In this document: piece after piece, positions 1 through 13,078 of the stretch | Position numbering within the stretch: the stretch's first letter is position 1 | Layout of the letters: the number at the start of each line of letters is the position of its first letter | NCBI GenBank assembly: GCA_002633005.1 | Contig: NMRA01000334.1 | Coordinates: 338,516 to 402,515, forward strand | Length of the DNA: 64,000 nt | Direction of reading: 5' to 3' | Source: Phoronis australis | Taxonomy: Eukaryota > Animalia > Phoronida | Position numbers and translations under genes: made by a program | Notes under the pieces: generated by a model | Databases searched by the model: none | What the model saw: the letters and a program-made list of their open reading frames with translations, nothing else | Told to the model about the DNA's origin: nothing

Positions 1-100
1 TGAATGATCAAGAAATTTGCAATGTAGATAGAAAAGTTTGGGGCCCGTAGTTATAAATTCCTCAGTGTAGGTTGCCAACATGTACACTCGCGTGGCTTGG

Positions 101-342
101 CATGTGCGCATCCAGCCTTTAATATGGTGGGCTCGTCGAATTTCTGACGAAGTGGACCTTTTCCTGACAAAAAAGCGGGAGGCCCACCTTCAGAACTGTG
201 AAATGTGCGTCTGCTCCTTTTTAGTGGACTTTTGTCTCGTTTTCAGTCTCAGACTTTTTGTTTCTCTGAGGCGGACTTTTTGTCCACTTCGCCAAATAGG
301 GGGATCGTTCAAGCCCCCCGAGACCCCCTGGGTGCGCGCATG
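101..342. mobile_element. Short non-autonomous TIR element (hAT-like, CATG termini)
   Basis: Left CATGTGCGCATCCAG pairs with right CTGGGTGCGCGCATG (revcomp CATGCGCGCACCCAG); flanks cttgg/ctttt are only a partial 5-bp TSD. Confidence 0.55.
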
Positions 343-868
343 CTTTTGGAAATGAAGAAATTACAAAAAGCACGCGTAAATACTGAAACCGTGATAATAG
401 CAACCTGGGCCTGACCAGTAATCTGGGACACATTTTGACAATGATAGTCAGTGTTAATACAGAAACAACGATAAGAATTCCGTTCTGGGCAACTTCCACG
501 GGCATGTTCATAGAGAGCTAGGCACAGAGTATAGCATGTCAGCATCGGTTAAGCTGAGAATTTAGACGAGAGATCGATGCAAAGGAAATGCGCCAAGTGC
601 GCGTTTTTCGGAAGATGCCTGTTCGCGAGTATTCGCCGGCTGCAGTCGGTGAGTAGTTGCCTTACGTAAAACACTCGCGTGTCATCCGCCCGAGGTAAAT
701 ACTCACCCGGCTTTAAGGAGGAGAGGGGAGATAGGGCCCATTTAAAAAGCCATTATTTACATGCAGGTCTTATAGTACTTTTGAAGGTTTGGCTAAGCGA
801 GTGGTTTGAGACATTTGCCTTCTTATTCACGTTCGAAGCGCCAGTCTCCCAAATTACTGTACATAAAA

Positions 869-1030
869 CACAGGCGGATCTGGGGGGGGTGGGGTGGTTC
901 AACGGGGCCCAGACCTCCCTTTATTCTTGACTTCAGTGATTTCAAATTTTCAAATTGTTGTTTTGGACCCCCTTTTAAAAAATCCTTGATCCGACCCCTC
1001 TTTTAAAAAATAAACTAGATCCGCTCCAGT
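869..1030. mobile_element. GC-rich hAT-like MITE (GGCGGATC...GATCCGC family)
   Basis: cacaggcggatctgggggg ... ctagatccgctcc; same terminal motif as 5255, 9701, 31883 and 57785; no clear TSD. Confidence 0.5.
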
Positions 1031-2002
1031 CAAAGCTCCAGAAATATTTCTGTTGAGTGTCTAGCAGGTACGAGTGAAAAAAGTGAAGTCTAAAGCCAAT
1101 CCGAATTTCGGCGGCCATCTTATTGACACTGCACAATTCAATGGGCTACAAACTTGTCTTCCACAACAAAAACAAACGTTTGCTACAGACCACTAACTTG
1201 GTTTCAAATTGTTCATTGGTTCAGCGCCACGGTAGGTGTCACCGGACATTTTGAGATTTAGTGTACGTGTGGTGGCTATGAATGGCATTTTCTCATTTTT
1301 GTACCTGTTTAGAAACCAAAAATCCAGGTTGTCGTTCCCTTGACCTATTTGTCTCGCCAACTGCGGTTGTTCGTAATCACTCTGCCTCTTTTTGCGACGC
1401 CAAGTTTTGGCTGGGAATTCAGGTACCGCTAATACTTTTCAGATAAGCCCACCAAAAAGGGATGGTCGACAACCATTTTCTTCCCAATTTTTAAACTTGT
1501 ATTGTTTTTGCACTCTGAGCGTGTTTTTTTGCTGGTGCCTAGTAGTTGGATGCAAGTAGTGGTTTTGCCGAGGTTGAAAACTGCCAATTTTGTGTATTTT
1601 TGCTGGTCTTTTGGCACCGCCGTTTAGGTTTGCAGTAGGTATAAAAGCAAAAAAACGCAATTTGAATGCAAGTTTCTTAGACCGTAGGTAATGGTAAGTA
1701 CCTGCATGTTTCATGTTTTGTGATTTTGTTGTAAAAAAGAAAAAAAATGCTTTCCCTCAGCTCGAACCCTGCCTGGGGAGGTCAAAATGAGGGAAAACTG
1801 TTGAGTTCCACCTGACAACAACTTTTTCGACGCAAGTGTTTTAGTTAGACGAAGATGTTTATTTAACTGAACTAGGATTGGGCAATATATGACACAAACA
1901 ATCAAACATTATGCCTACAAACTTATACGTGAAGAGGTCAATGGTTACTACGATTTATGAATGAACTTTGTTTACTACGCATTACTACAGCAGCAGGCTT
2001 TA

Positions 2003-2159
2003 CAGGCGTGCGTTCAGTAGACGCTAGGACCTACGCTAGGACCTAGCTAAAACCTAGTCAAAGTCACGTGTTCTCATTTAAAATTCACTGCAATATCTCA
2101 CGTAATCTCGAGAAGTCTTGCTTTGTAGCGAGGTCCTAGCGTTACTGAACGGCAGGCTG
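2003..2159 (+). mobile_element. ~155-bp MITE family A, copy 1
   Basis: Imperfect TIRs GCGTTCAGTAGACGCTAGGACC / GGTCCTAGCGTTACTGAACG; near-identical to 13200-13354 and 45272-45431. Confidence 0.9.
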
Positions 2160-3663
2160 GATTTTGTCAGGCACCTCATATGGTGAGTTGGGCCTGGTCT
2201 CAAAGAATAACAAACTATCCCGTCTTGGAAAAATGCAGAAATCAATTGGGAAAGGAACAGTCAAACCTATAGGTAAGACCACCTTTATAGCGGAAAGTGT
2301 TTTAAGTCAAAAGTTTTGCTTATTGGAGGGAACACCGGTACATGGCTGCTTTTTAAAAATTGAAAACTGTAAATAAAATCATTTTCACTAAACAGCATTA
2401 ATGACAATATTTTGATTAAAATGGTTCGTGATAAAATACATCTTACTTTAGTATCTCAGACAGCAGGAAGCAAGTTAACACAATAAGGTCACACACACAA
2501 AAGATACTGTTCAACAAAGAAGGGCCTAAAATCCATGTAAGACTTAGTGCAAGAGAAAATTCAAGTCAAAACCCAATTAACTTCGTTTACTGTTTACAGT
2601 TACCTCATCTCTACCAACATGATAGTTATGTCATGAGGTGTCATTAAAGGATTACATACAGTAGGAGACCAAGCAGCCGAAGCAGCAGGATCGTATTCAA
2701 AGGGCTGGCGTGCTCTCATTACCAAACTCCAACATTAGGGAGGATCATCTTCAGACACTCAATTTTTACCTGAACTGGTTCTCTCATGTACTGTGTTAAA
2801 ATATCTGACGTGTATAAGTGATTCGATTAAGTTAACCCACAGTCTGTAAAAAACTAAATTTTGACTCAGAACAACAACCGATATGAAACCGACTTCAGTC
2901 GTCAGCAAAGCAAGCGTTTAATTACAACTTAATGTTTTAAAATTGGTCTGTACTTGTTACTTACTCAGATGAGAAGAGATTTCAGGGTCTTTAAGCTACT
3001 GGTAGTTCGTTTCTCGTGGAGACTACATTGTATGTTCGGTGCATGTGGCAAGCCACTTAACAGAGCCTGGTTTCAAGCAGTAACAAAAAGTCAGCCATTT
3101 TGAAGCCCCGAAATCACCTCCGCTTTGACTATGAAACAATTTGAGAATAGTTTCACAATTGTAAGCAGTCTAAAAAAGAAGTCGGTGTCGGTGATGGAAG
3201 GCAGGTTTATAAAATTCGCCTTACATATTGGCTCGGTCATCAACTGAGGCTTGTAAAATAACAGGTTTATAGTAAACTACTGCTAAATTTTAGGCTATTC
3301 ATTCAAAATAAATTTAATAGTATATGTATACCTTGCACAATGCATGACAAAAGAACAGGGTCAACTTCACAACTGAACTCCAAAAAGCTAAATCACACAG
3401 CAACCGACTATGATCAGCAGACGACGTACTTGCCGGAAATAACACCAGATAATTTAGTGAATAATGACGTAACGGCTTGTGCGAAACGGCACAGATTTCG
3501 TCCATTGAAGGTATACGGAGTTGGCGGTCCATGTACTATTAATAGTCTATGCCTCAAGCGAATAGCGACAGATTTTCATGCATATGTTCAAATTATGTTG
3601 ACTAAATTGTATTCAGAGGCATGGTATGTGTTAATTATAACTCCATGTGCATCTTTATCTATT

Positions 3664-3790
3664 CAGGCTCGACATAACGAGCTGCAGGTCGCATTTGCGA
3701 CCTGAAATTCGGAAATGCGAGCTGAGATTTTTGTCAGCTCATATCAAGTCGCAAAATGCGACCTGGAATTTCCAACGAATGCGAGCTGAG
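3664..3790. mobile_element. Orphan DNA-transposon end with subterminal GGTCGCATTTGCGACC palindromes
   Basis: Begins CAGGCTCGACATAACG, followed by two copies of a GTCGCA-www-TGCGACCTG hairpin, each with ATGCGAGCTGAG; partner end not found. Confidence 0.45.
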
Positions 3791-4217
3791 TTTTTACACT
3801 TCTCGTCAGATACCTGGCAAATATAAAGCAACTCCTGTTAATCCGACCGTTAATTGGTTGTTACCAAATTTAAGTTCAAACGAACACTAACCGAGAAAAA
3901 CCCTCCCGATGACTTGTAAACAAGTCGCGTAAACATGAGTTGAGTTATGGAGAATCGATCTTTAACGCGTTTCATTGGCTAACATTTTCGGCCAATTTTG
4001 CAAGTTTCCGGATTACCCGAAGAAAGTTTCTGCCACAGCATAACACGTGAAAAAACGGTTCTTTCTACGAATTCTTAAGCGATCAACTTACCAAACTTCG
4101 AAAAATACGTTTATTTTTCGCGTAAGATGTCCTTATTACATGTACCAAATATCCACGACAGTATCCATGATCGCACCGCGGCACTGCCGGTTGGTCCCTG
4201 TCAGACGATAGTCTAGC

Positions 4218-5099
4218 TGTGTGGGTTTGTTTAAAAGGTAGCTATGCTTTGAAGTTGTGCGTAGATGGAGAGTGAATAATCAAATCCAGTAATTAATTTA
4301 TTATATGATAACCCCTAATTAGACAAATGAAACCTATCATTAATTAAGTAATCAACTACAAAGAGAAACTACGCTAGCGCCCTCTTTAAAGATTACTTTA
4401 ATCAAACAACCAAACGATCAAATGTCTTATCTGCTATCCAAGCTAGGATTCTCCACTTGTTGGATGTCTGTCCTGTTGGTGAATCTTCAAACTACACACA
4501 CTGTTAGCGACAGTGTACTTGCTGGTCACCGTCTCTGGTGATGCAACACTTGCAGGCAATTTCTTCTACCCACGATTCTTTATGCTGGTCACAGTCTCTG
4601 GCTGATGACGCAACACTTTAGGTAGTATCTTACTACCCACAATGCAAGTGACAAGCTCTTACTTAACTTCCGGTTCGTTAACCCTTGCCCTTGCCAAGAT
4701 CCCTTCTAGAATCTTCCACGAGATGGCTCTATCGTACAACTGCTTCTGTACACTGTAGCAAGTCTTTATGCTTCAACTACTTTTGCGCATCTGATTATCT
4801 TGCTGATTTCAGCCCATAATATAACATTGTACTTATTTAGTGATTGGCTAATAAAAACCACATGATCATATCCACTCGTACTATTGGCTGTTACAATTTG
4901 TTCTCAGAATATTCTAGACTCTCTAGAGTACTTTGACCCCAGAACCCAAAGTTGTAAACACCATCTAAAAATAGATTTTGACGTTAAAATACATGTCAAC
5001 AAGTCTGACCCCATGATTTAAAAGTACATATGCACAAATTTTGGGCAACTTAAAATGGATCTATTCTTACTAATTACTTAATCAATATTTATTCTGACA
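4218..5099 (-). mobile_element. Possible solo LTR (unrelated to the Mag elements)
   Basis: Minus strand starts TGTCAGAAT at 5099 and could end ...CACACA at 4218; AATAAA near 4297-4302 (minus strand); internal ~60-bp tandem duplication at 4520-4643. The TSD cannot be tested because of the N at 5100. Confidence 0.3.
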
Positions 5100-5254
5100 N
5101 AGAGAGATTTTTCACTAGGGGAATTTTTATGCCTCGTGGGGGGAATTTCACGTGATATTTCAATATGTTTGAGAGGGGATATTGGGCCCCAAATTTGAGG
5201 GATTGAGGGCCCAGTCCTTTATGGAAAGAAAAATTATAATGTTTCAACCCGTAG

Positions 5255-5545
5255 CAGGGGCGGATCCAGGTTTTTCAGTTAGGGGGGCAGGGCACAGGAA
5301 TAAGCAGCATTTCGGCAGATGCGCGCGCCCAGCTTAAACTCTGGGGATGCAGGGGTCTTGAATTCTTGGGTTTGCGGACCTGTTGACTGAAAAAAAAACG
5401 GTAACGGGGTTCATTCAGCGCCTATGCGTTGTTTATTCACCCCCCAAGACCCGCCCTGGTTGCGCCTGCTAGTCAGCAACTCGCACCCGAACTCAAAATG
5501 GGATCTGATACAATTTTAGCCCCCCCCCCTAAATCCGTAGTCATG
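5255..5545. mobile_element. GC-rich hAT-like MITE
   Basis: CAGGGGCGGATCCAGG left end; cccctaaatccg right end (decayed). Confidence 0.55.
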
Positions 5546-6180
5546 AAAACACAGCCTGGCTGATCCATTCTCCGGTCGTTACTATATGCTTTAAACAACT
5601 GACCGACATGCGACAAAATATGATCTAACTTTTCGAAAACATTCATAAATTTTACACGGACATATTTTTGCTTCGTCGCGGCAACGACCCAGCGCTTCCG
5701 AATCGCAACGTCTGTAGAGATTGTGAAGCAGACAGTTGCGTGTCCGTATTTTTTCTAGCCGTTCGCGGAACAACACGGTCTGAAACACAGAACTATGCCG
5801 ATAGCTAACGAGCATCGTAGCGAGCCTCGTTTTGGAATGCGCCTCCTGTCGGCGTGAATAGGGTCTATAGCGGCTTGTCTCTGTTAGCACCCGGGTGCTA
5901 GTGGTTTATTTGAAAATGAACTCATAGATTCCCGGCGGTTATAAAAGACCCGATGCTTTACGATATTCCCCGGGACCGAAATATTCCAGAACTGATATTT
6001 TCCTGTTCCGATGTTTCCCGAGGTTGATGTTCCCTAAACCCTATACTCTATGCCCGTAGCCAGCTATTTCAACTAAATGGTTTCTAGATGCAAAATTGGG
6101 GTTAGCAAACTTTTTATTCTTCTCTTCATACACCTCCCCCCGGCAACTTTTCACTACCCGGAACACTGTCACCGTAAAAT

Positions 6181-8380
6181 CACGAGCATGACGTTAACTT
6201 TCTACGCCTCATGACTAGAGCCAAAGAGAAAGGCATGGTCTTCAACAAGGACAAATGCATCATCGGCGAATACGAGATAGAATACTTTGGGCAAATATAC
6301 ATGTATGACCACACAGGAGTGCGCCCCGACCCATCAAAGGTACAGGCAATAAACGACATACAGGCACCATCCAACGCGCAGGAGCTTCGTTCTTTCCTTG
6401 GCACGATTACACGATCCATTTATACCAAATCTCAGTGAAACCTCTCTCCCTCTAAGAGCCCTATTGCGAAAAGACTCTGATTTCCAATGGCAACATGAAC
6501 AGCAGACCGCATTTGACAATCTCAAGAAAACCATCAAGGAAGCAAGCTACCTACACTATTTTGACCCGAATATCCCAGCGGTCGTGCAGGTCAACGCATC
6601 TCAGTCCACCCTAGGCGCGGCACTGACGCAAAATGGTCGACCCATCGCGTTTGCTTCTAAGACGCTCACAAACACAGAGAGTCGTTACGCTAACATCGAG
6701 CGAGAACTACTCGCATGTGTTTACGGTACAGAACGCTTCTATACATACCTTTTTGGCCAACCATTCCTTATAGAAAGTGACCACAAGCCACTGGAAATGA
6801 TTTTGGCCAAGCCTCTGTACAAGGCGCCTGCCAGATTGTAGCGCATGCTTCTGCGTTTACAAAAATATGACTATCAGATCAAATACAGGCCAGGACCCAA
6901 GATGGTCCTTGCCAACGGATTGTCGCGACTCCTTACTGCCAATGCCCACAAGGAAACTCCTCTTGACCTCAATGTGAACTTTGTACAGTTTTCCACCGAA
7001 CGGTTACAAGAACTAAAAAAGAAACTGATCAAGACACAACACTGGCTCTCTTGAAGGACTATGTTTTCAATGGATTCCCAGCAAAGGCACACGACTTACC
7101 TGTTAACATCCGCTTTCTTTGGTCTATTAGAGATCTGACCATCGACGATGGTCTTCTCCTCAAGGGAAATCAGGTCCTCGTACCACTCTCGCTTCAACAA
7201 TTAGACTATTTGCACAGGCTCCATTACGAAAACCAAGGAATTGTTCGCTGTCAACAACTAGCCCGATCCACTGTCTATTGGCCTGGCATTATGAAGGATA
7301 GTAGAAAACCTCGTGTCCACTTGCAAAACATGCAAGAAACATCAGAGCTCTTCACCCAAAGAACCTCTGGAATCTGTCGCCGATGACATACCAAACATCC
7401 CCTGGCACACCATTAGTGCTGACCTGTTTTATCTAAACGGCCAAGAATATTTCATCGTCGCTGATTATTTCTCCAAGTACTTCATTGTCGAGAAGCTGAA
7501 CACCTCTACCAGTCAGCGAGTTGCGAGCATCTTCAGCCATATCTTTGTCATGTTTGGTCCACCCGACACTTTCATCACCGACAACGGGCCCCAATTCATC
7601 GGAGCCCCCGTCAGAGCCACGGTAAAGATGTTCGACATTTTACATATCACTTCGTCGCCCCACTACCCCCGATCACATGGCTTCCTTGAACGCATGATTG
7701 GTACCGTCAAGAACCTGATGCTGAAGACACAGAACCTGGACGGGGCTTTTCTCCAGTACATGACAACACCCACGAACCCCCAGATGGCCTCCTCCGCTGA
7801 ACTTATGTTCGGCCGCAAGCTGAGAAGTAAACTACCATCTTACATCCAAAGACAGCCACTCCAGCGAGATGACAACCTGCCTCACCCGAACTCGCCTGAT
7901 AGGCGCGAACTAACAGAACTGCGGCTGAACGAGCGCGTGTACTATCAAGACGTCGCCACGAAGACTTGGTCACCTGGCACCATCATCGGAGTAGGCCCAG
8001 AACCACGGTCCTACAGGCTGTATACGGTACAATGCGAGACAAGCGGTTGCTTACTTCGCCGCAGCCGCATCCTGCTTAGACCTCGACAAGTGTAGGACCG
8101 TGGCACGGTCATGAGATTCGCCCCCTCACCAGCTCAGATGGCCACAGATCCCAACGCCAGAGATACCTTACTTAGCCAAACCAGTGCGCCTGACAAAACA
8201 ACGCCCACCTTTACCACCCGCGAACCACCGTCTGAAGTCCGACCAACACCGCCTAAACATGCTTCTGAAACGGGCAATAATGCGGCTAAGCCTCCCATCA
8301 TTTCACCCATCCCGAGCACCGTGGTTACCCTCTACGGACGAATGGTTACAAGACCAGCACGACTCATCCAAGAGATGTAG
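6181..8380 (+). pseudogene. pol: Disrupted pol (RT-RNaseH-integrase)
   Basis: Consecutive ORF fragments 6211-6438, 6398-6841, 6845-7054, 7051-7386, 7313-8095 and 8111-8380, separated by frameshifts and stops (TAG at 6839-6841 where copy 2 has CAG). Integrase DDE core: ADLF...TDNGPQF...GFLERMI; C-terminal T.yGR.V..P.RL motif. Confidence 0.93.
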
Positions 8381-8524
8381 TTACAAGCAGCCAAACCGTT
8401 GGGGCAGAATAATCCCCGTTTGACTGTCCAGACAATGATAGTCCGCCCATTGTCTTATAAATGTAGTTAGGACCAGTTAACATAGTTTTAAAATTATGAT
8501 AGTGTTTCATACTGTATTTTTTTC

Positions 8525-8535
8525 AAAAGGGGGGA
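8525..8535 (+). other. Polypurine tract of copy 1
   Basis: AAAAGGGGGGA immediately before the LTR start TGTTA. Confidence 0.9.
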
Positions 8536-8690
8536 TGTTACGTTATGGTCAGTAGTAACTAAAGATGTCGCTACCACTGTCTTATGCTCTGTTACCTACT
8601 TCCTGTTCCGGTTGATGTTTCATGTACTCTCAATAGTCACAATGGTATCGATCTTCATCTTTGGTCCGAAACCAGCATAGAAACATAACA
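8536..8690 (+). repeat. 3' LTR of copy 1 (155 bp)
   Basis: TGTTAcGTT...AACaTAACA termini; reverse-complement homologue of 10084-10254 and 13079-13409. Confidence 0.93.
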
Positions 8691-9929
8691 AGGCCTACAT
8701 ATCGTACGTGAATCATTACGTACGGCGTTTTCCCGTTGCTCCCAACTTGTTCGATTCTACAGTCCAACAACAAGTTGGGAAGTTTACCCCTGTAGCCAAA
8801 ATCTTACAAGACTGATTAACTCCAATCTGGCCTTTATGGTTGGAGGGCCAGCTCTCTTTTGTTCGATAATTGCTCTCAGCTAATGTCCAATATAGATCGT
8901 ATCTACCCTGACTGGGCTGTGCTGTTAAAAATAAAAGTTAAGTTATAACATATTTGAACATAAACCAATGGCATTTCTGAAATTTTCGTCAAATGGTGAT
9001 CATGTTTAGTTTTTGAATTGCCAAAATCGCCCAACTGCAACCAAGTTACGACGGACAATCCATTGTTTCCAATACACCAATTCACTCTGCCGGCCGGGTG
9101 TTTGACTGTGTTCACATGCGGTCTGTAATAAGTCTGATAGGTAATTGGCCTGCTTGTTGTCATAACAGACAAAAGATTTTGCTTGGCAGTTAATAAACAA
9201 GCCAGATGTTATCACACGCTCAGAATCCCCTACGTCTGATTAAGTCACTGAACGGGAAAACGATGTCATGTATTACGCCATGACTTCGTTTTCCGGTTCC
9301 GTGACTTTACCAGACGAGCCTGTGATGATATCTAGCTTCTTTGTTAACTACCAAGTGCAGTCTTTTGTCTTGTATGACAGCAGGAAGGCCAATTATCTAC
9401 ATGTACCTGGCTTATTACAGACCACTTGAGAACACAGTCAAACCCAAGCAGCGAATTGGTACGTTCAGAAAGAAAAGATTGTCGTAATTTTGTTGTGCAT
9501 GTAGTTGGGCGATTTTGGCGATTTAAAAACTAAACATGATAACCATTTGACGATGATTTTAGAAATGCTATTGGTTTATGTTCAGGTATGTTATAACTTA
9601 ACTTTTATTTAAGCAGAACAGCCCAGTCAGCCCTAGATACGATCTTAATGGAGATTAAAGCAATTATCGACCATGCAAAAGAGAGTTGGCCCTCCAACCA
9701 CAGTGGCGGATCTAGGATATCACAAGGGGGGGGCAACATTTTGTCTGGAAACTTGCGCAAAGCACGATTGTAGATGCGCATAGCACCAAATGGGGGGGGG
9801 GGTTTGCTCCCCTCCCACCCAGGAAAAATTTTCTGTTTTTTCTCTGAAAATCAAGCATTTTCCTTGATTTCTGAAGTATTATCCAAGGAAAAAAACACGG
9901 CGAACGTGTCAAACTTGAAAAACTGCAAT

Positions 9930-9992
9930 TACCACAGACTCGAACTCACGAACTGGCGGATAAAGCGCGTGTGCTTTACCACTGCACCACAA
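9930..9992 (-). mobile_element. tRNA-derived SINE head
   Basis: Minus strand gTGGTGCAGTGGtaaagc...GAGTTCGAGTC gives Pol III A and B boxes at tRNA-like spacing; no proper acceptor stem. Confidence 0.55.
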
Positions 9993-10083
9993 TTCCACTC
10001 GTGATTTGATACTAAGAGCCCCAATTGTTTATGGTCCACAGCGTTTGCGCGCGATACCTACTTCTTTTTGTAATGCTTATTAC

Positions 10084-10254
10084 TGTTATGTTTCTATGCT
10101 GGTTTCGGACCAAAGATAAAGAGCGATACGATTGTCACTAAAGCATATATATATTGAGAACATCAACCGGAACAGGAAGTAGGTAACAGAGCATGCCTAC
10201 TATAATAAGACACTGGTAGCGACATCTTTAGTTACTACTGACCATAACGTAACA
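10084..10254 (-). repeat. 3' LTR of copy 2
   Basis: Homologous to 8536-8690; preceded on the minus strand by a decayed PPT (caagggaa). Confidence 0.93.
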
Positions 10255-10387
10255 TTCCCTTGATGAAAAAAATACACTATGAAACACTATCCTAATTTTA
10301 AAACTATGATAACTGGTCATGGGTGGACTATCATTGTCTGGACAGTCAAACGGGGATAATTCTGCCCCAACAGATTGGCTGCTGGTA

Positions 10388-11750
10388 ACTACATCTCTTG
10401 GATGAGACGTGCAGGTCTTGTAACCGTTCGTCCGGAGAGGGTAACCACAGTGCTCGGGGTGGGTGAAATAATGGGAGGCTAAGCCGCACTATTGCCCGTT
10501 TCAGGAGCATGGTTAGGCTGTGTTGGTCGGACTTCAGACGGTGTTTCGCGGGTGATAACGGTGGGCGTTGTTTTGTCAGGCGCACTGGCATGTTTCGCAA
10601 GTGCATACGAGGTTTTCTATGTCCTTCATAATGCCAGGCCAATAGACAGTGGATCGGGCTAGTTGCTTACAGCGAACAATTCCTTGGTATCCGTAATGGA
10701 GCCTGTGCAAATAGTCTAATTGTTGAAGCGAGAGTGGTACGAGGACCTGAGTTCCCTTGAGGAGAAGACCATCCTCGATGGTCAGATCTCTAATAGAGCA
10801 AAAAGAGCGGATGTTAGCAGGTAAGTCGCGTGCCTTTGCTGGGAATCCACTGAAAACATAGTCCTTCAAGAGAGCCAGTGTTGTGTCTTTATCAGTGGAA
10901 TTTACTTGTGGGCACTGGCAGTAGGGAGTCGCGACAATCCGTCGGCAAGGACCATCTCGGGTCCTGACCTGTATTTGATCTGATAGTCATATTTTTGTAA
11001 ACGCAGAAGCATGCGCTGCAGTCTGGCAGGCACCTTGTGCAGGGGCTTGGCCACAATCATTTCCAGTGGCTTGTGGTCACTTTCTGTAACGAATGGTTGG
11101 CCAAAAAGTATGTAGGAATACGTTCTGCACCGAAAACACATGCGAGTAGTTCTCGCTCGATGCTAGCGTAACGACTCTCTGTGTCTGTGAGCGTCTTAGA
11201 AGCAAACACGATGGGTCGACCATTTTGCGTCAATGCCGCGCCTAGGGCGGACTGAGATGCGTCGACCTGCACGACTGTTGGGATCTTCGGGTCAAAATAG
11301 TGTAGGTAGCTTGCTTCCTTGATGGTTTTCTTGAGATTGTCAAATGCAGTCTGCTGTTCATGTTGCCATTGGAAATCAGTCTTTTCGCAGTAGGGCTCTT
11401 AGAGGGGCAGTGGTTTCACTGAGATTTGGTATAAATGGAGACGTGTATGTAATCATGCGAAGAAAAGAACGAAGCTCCTGCGCGCTGGATGGTGCCTGTA
11501 TGTCGTTTATTGCCTGTACCTTTGATGAATCGGGGCGTACTCCCGTGTCTTCATAGATTTGCCCAAAGAATTCTATTTCGTGTGCGCCAATGATGCATTT
11601 GTCCTTGTTGAAGACCATGCCTTTCTCTTTGGCTCTATTCATGAGGCGTGGAAGGTTAACGTCTTGCTCGTGTTTATCCTTGCAAAAAACTGTGATATCA
11701 TCGGCAATGGATATGACACCGGGTATCCCCTGTAGGCTGTCCTCCATCAC
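10388..11750 (-). pseudogene. pol: Disrupted pol remnant (RT C-half, RNase H, integrase zinc-binding region; integrase core deleted)
   Basis: GVISIADDITV (RT catalytic DD), QVDASQSALGAAL, ESDHKPL and YWPGIMKDIE..CETC, then a direct jump at ~10588 to sequence matching copy 1 position ~8181. Confidence 0.92.
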
Positions 11751-11753
11751 CTT

Positions 11754-12917
11754 TTAAAAAACGTCTTGAGAAACCACAATGCCCATGGTCAGGCGACAGT
11801 AATAGCATAGGCGGGAGGTTGACGGTGATGTCAGGGTAGGTTTGCCATTCGGTGTCAGGTGGTTTGGGAACATGCGACGGTAGGTACTGAGTGGGAGGAG
11901 GTTACCACTAGCGCCAGTATCCACCTTGCCTCTGAGGATACCTTGTTTACGGTGTTCGTGCCAAATGTTAATATCAGCAAAATCCTCTTGTTTGACATCA
12001 TTACCGATAGAGTCGAAGACTAAGTTTTCAAAAGAGATTTCGTCAGTCTCGGGTACATGAGAAGTAGCGTGGAATCGCTGAGGGTTGGGTGGTGGGTGAG
12101 CCTTGGGCTTTGTAACCGGGTTGCCTGATGAGCGACAGACATCTCGCCAGTGTCCCACCTTTCCACATCGGTGGCAGGTTTGGCCCTTAGCTGGACATTG
12201 GTTGTGATATCTATGCCGTTCTTTTCCACAGTTTTCACATGTGTCGCTGGGTGTGGGTTTTCTATCTGTGTAGCGTTTTGCAGAGCTCTTTTCACGAGCA
12301 TATCTTTTGATGGCATGGATTTCCGTGGTGGGACGACCGATTTGTTGCAGTTGTGCTAGGGTGTATTCATACGTACGGGTGATATCAAGAGCATGTTTCA
12401 GTTTGAGTTTGTCCGGGTCTTGTTCGAGTAGTTTCTTCTGAACTTTGTGAGTTTGCCCCTTGAATAATTTGGTCAAGATTGCGTCGTCCTTAGCATCTCG
12501 GTTGCCGAAGTTGCATTTCTCCGCGTAGAGTAGAAGGCGCGTAAAGAAGTCGTCGATAGATTCGTTGCTGTCTTGTGTCATCTGTCTAAGTTGAAAACGG
12601 CAAAGGCGAAAACTTGCTTTCGGCTCAAAATACTTCTCGAAGCGATCCCAAACTGTTGTCGGGTCGTCTCGCTGTTCGGTCGTGAGGGACCAGGAATAAA
12701 AAATTTCGAGGGCTTTGAGGCCCAGCCATAAGAGTATATCGCTCACTTTAGTCGATGTCGATTGGCTGGTGTACGCAAGAGTGCTGAGAATAAGGTTGCA
12801 ATACCTCTTAAAAGTCCGGAACGTTACTACAGTTTTCCGATCAAAAGACGGTGGTTTCACCCCAAGTAAATTGGGGTTGTGGTGCATTGGTTGAGGGTTG
12901 TCTTCTCCGTCTGACAT
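11754..12917 (-). pseudogene. gag: gag-protease ORF of copy 2, fused by deletion to mid-RT
   Basis: CENCGKERH..CPAKGQTCHRCGKVGHWRDVC (double zinc knuckle typical of the Mag clade); KVDTGASGNLL aspartic protease motif; runs directly into the RT motif YCRLTMG...SQDVF. Confidence 0.92.
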
Positions 12918-13066
12918 CGTGGCGGTGTGGCGTTGGGGTATCGCAAAGTATATTGGAAAAAACTCACCGGTATGGCAACTTTTATTTAGGGTGAAAAAAA
13001 AATTGCAAAAGCAACAATGCAGTGTTGAAGTAGTTTACTCCGCGTCAGGTTTGGGTTCGTCTCACG

Positions 13067-13078
13067 CCGCTGCCACCA
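13067..13078 (-). other. Primer binding site (tRNA-Leu type)
   Basis: TGGTGGCAGCGG directly after the 5' LTR; complementary to the 3' end of metazoan tRNA-Leu(AAG) (...CCGCTGCCACCA). Confidence 0.8.

Larger units (their letters stand above)
6181..8690 (+). mobile_element. 5'-truncated Ty3/Gypsy (Mag clade, K02A2.6-like) LTR retrotransposon, copy 1
   Basis: RT C-terminal half, RNase H (LTQNGRPIAFASKTLT..E.RYANIERELLA..ESDHKPL), integrase, PPT and 3' LTR in Gypsy order; homology to copy 2 begins abruptly at 6181. Confidence 0.96.

Noticed and set aside
5945-6170. CGATRTTCCC short repeats and a GGGTTAG motif, possibly a Helentron/HINE relic
   Set aside because: No definable termini; too degraded to call.
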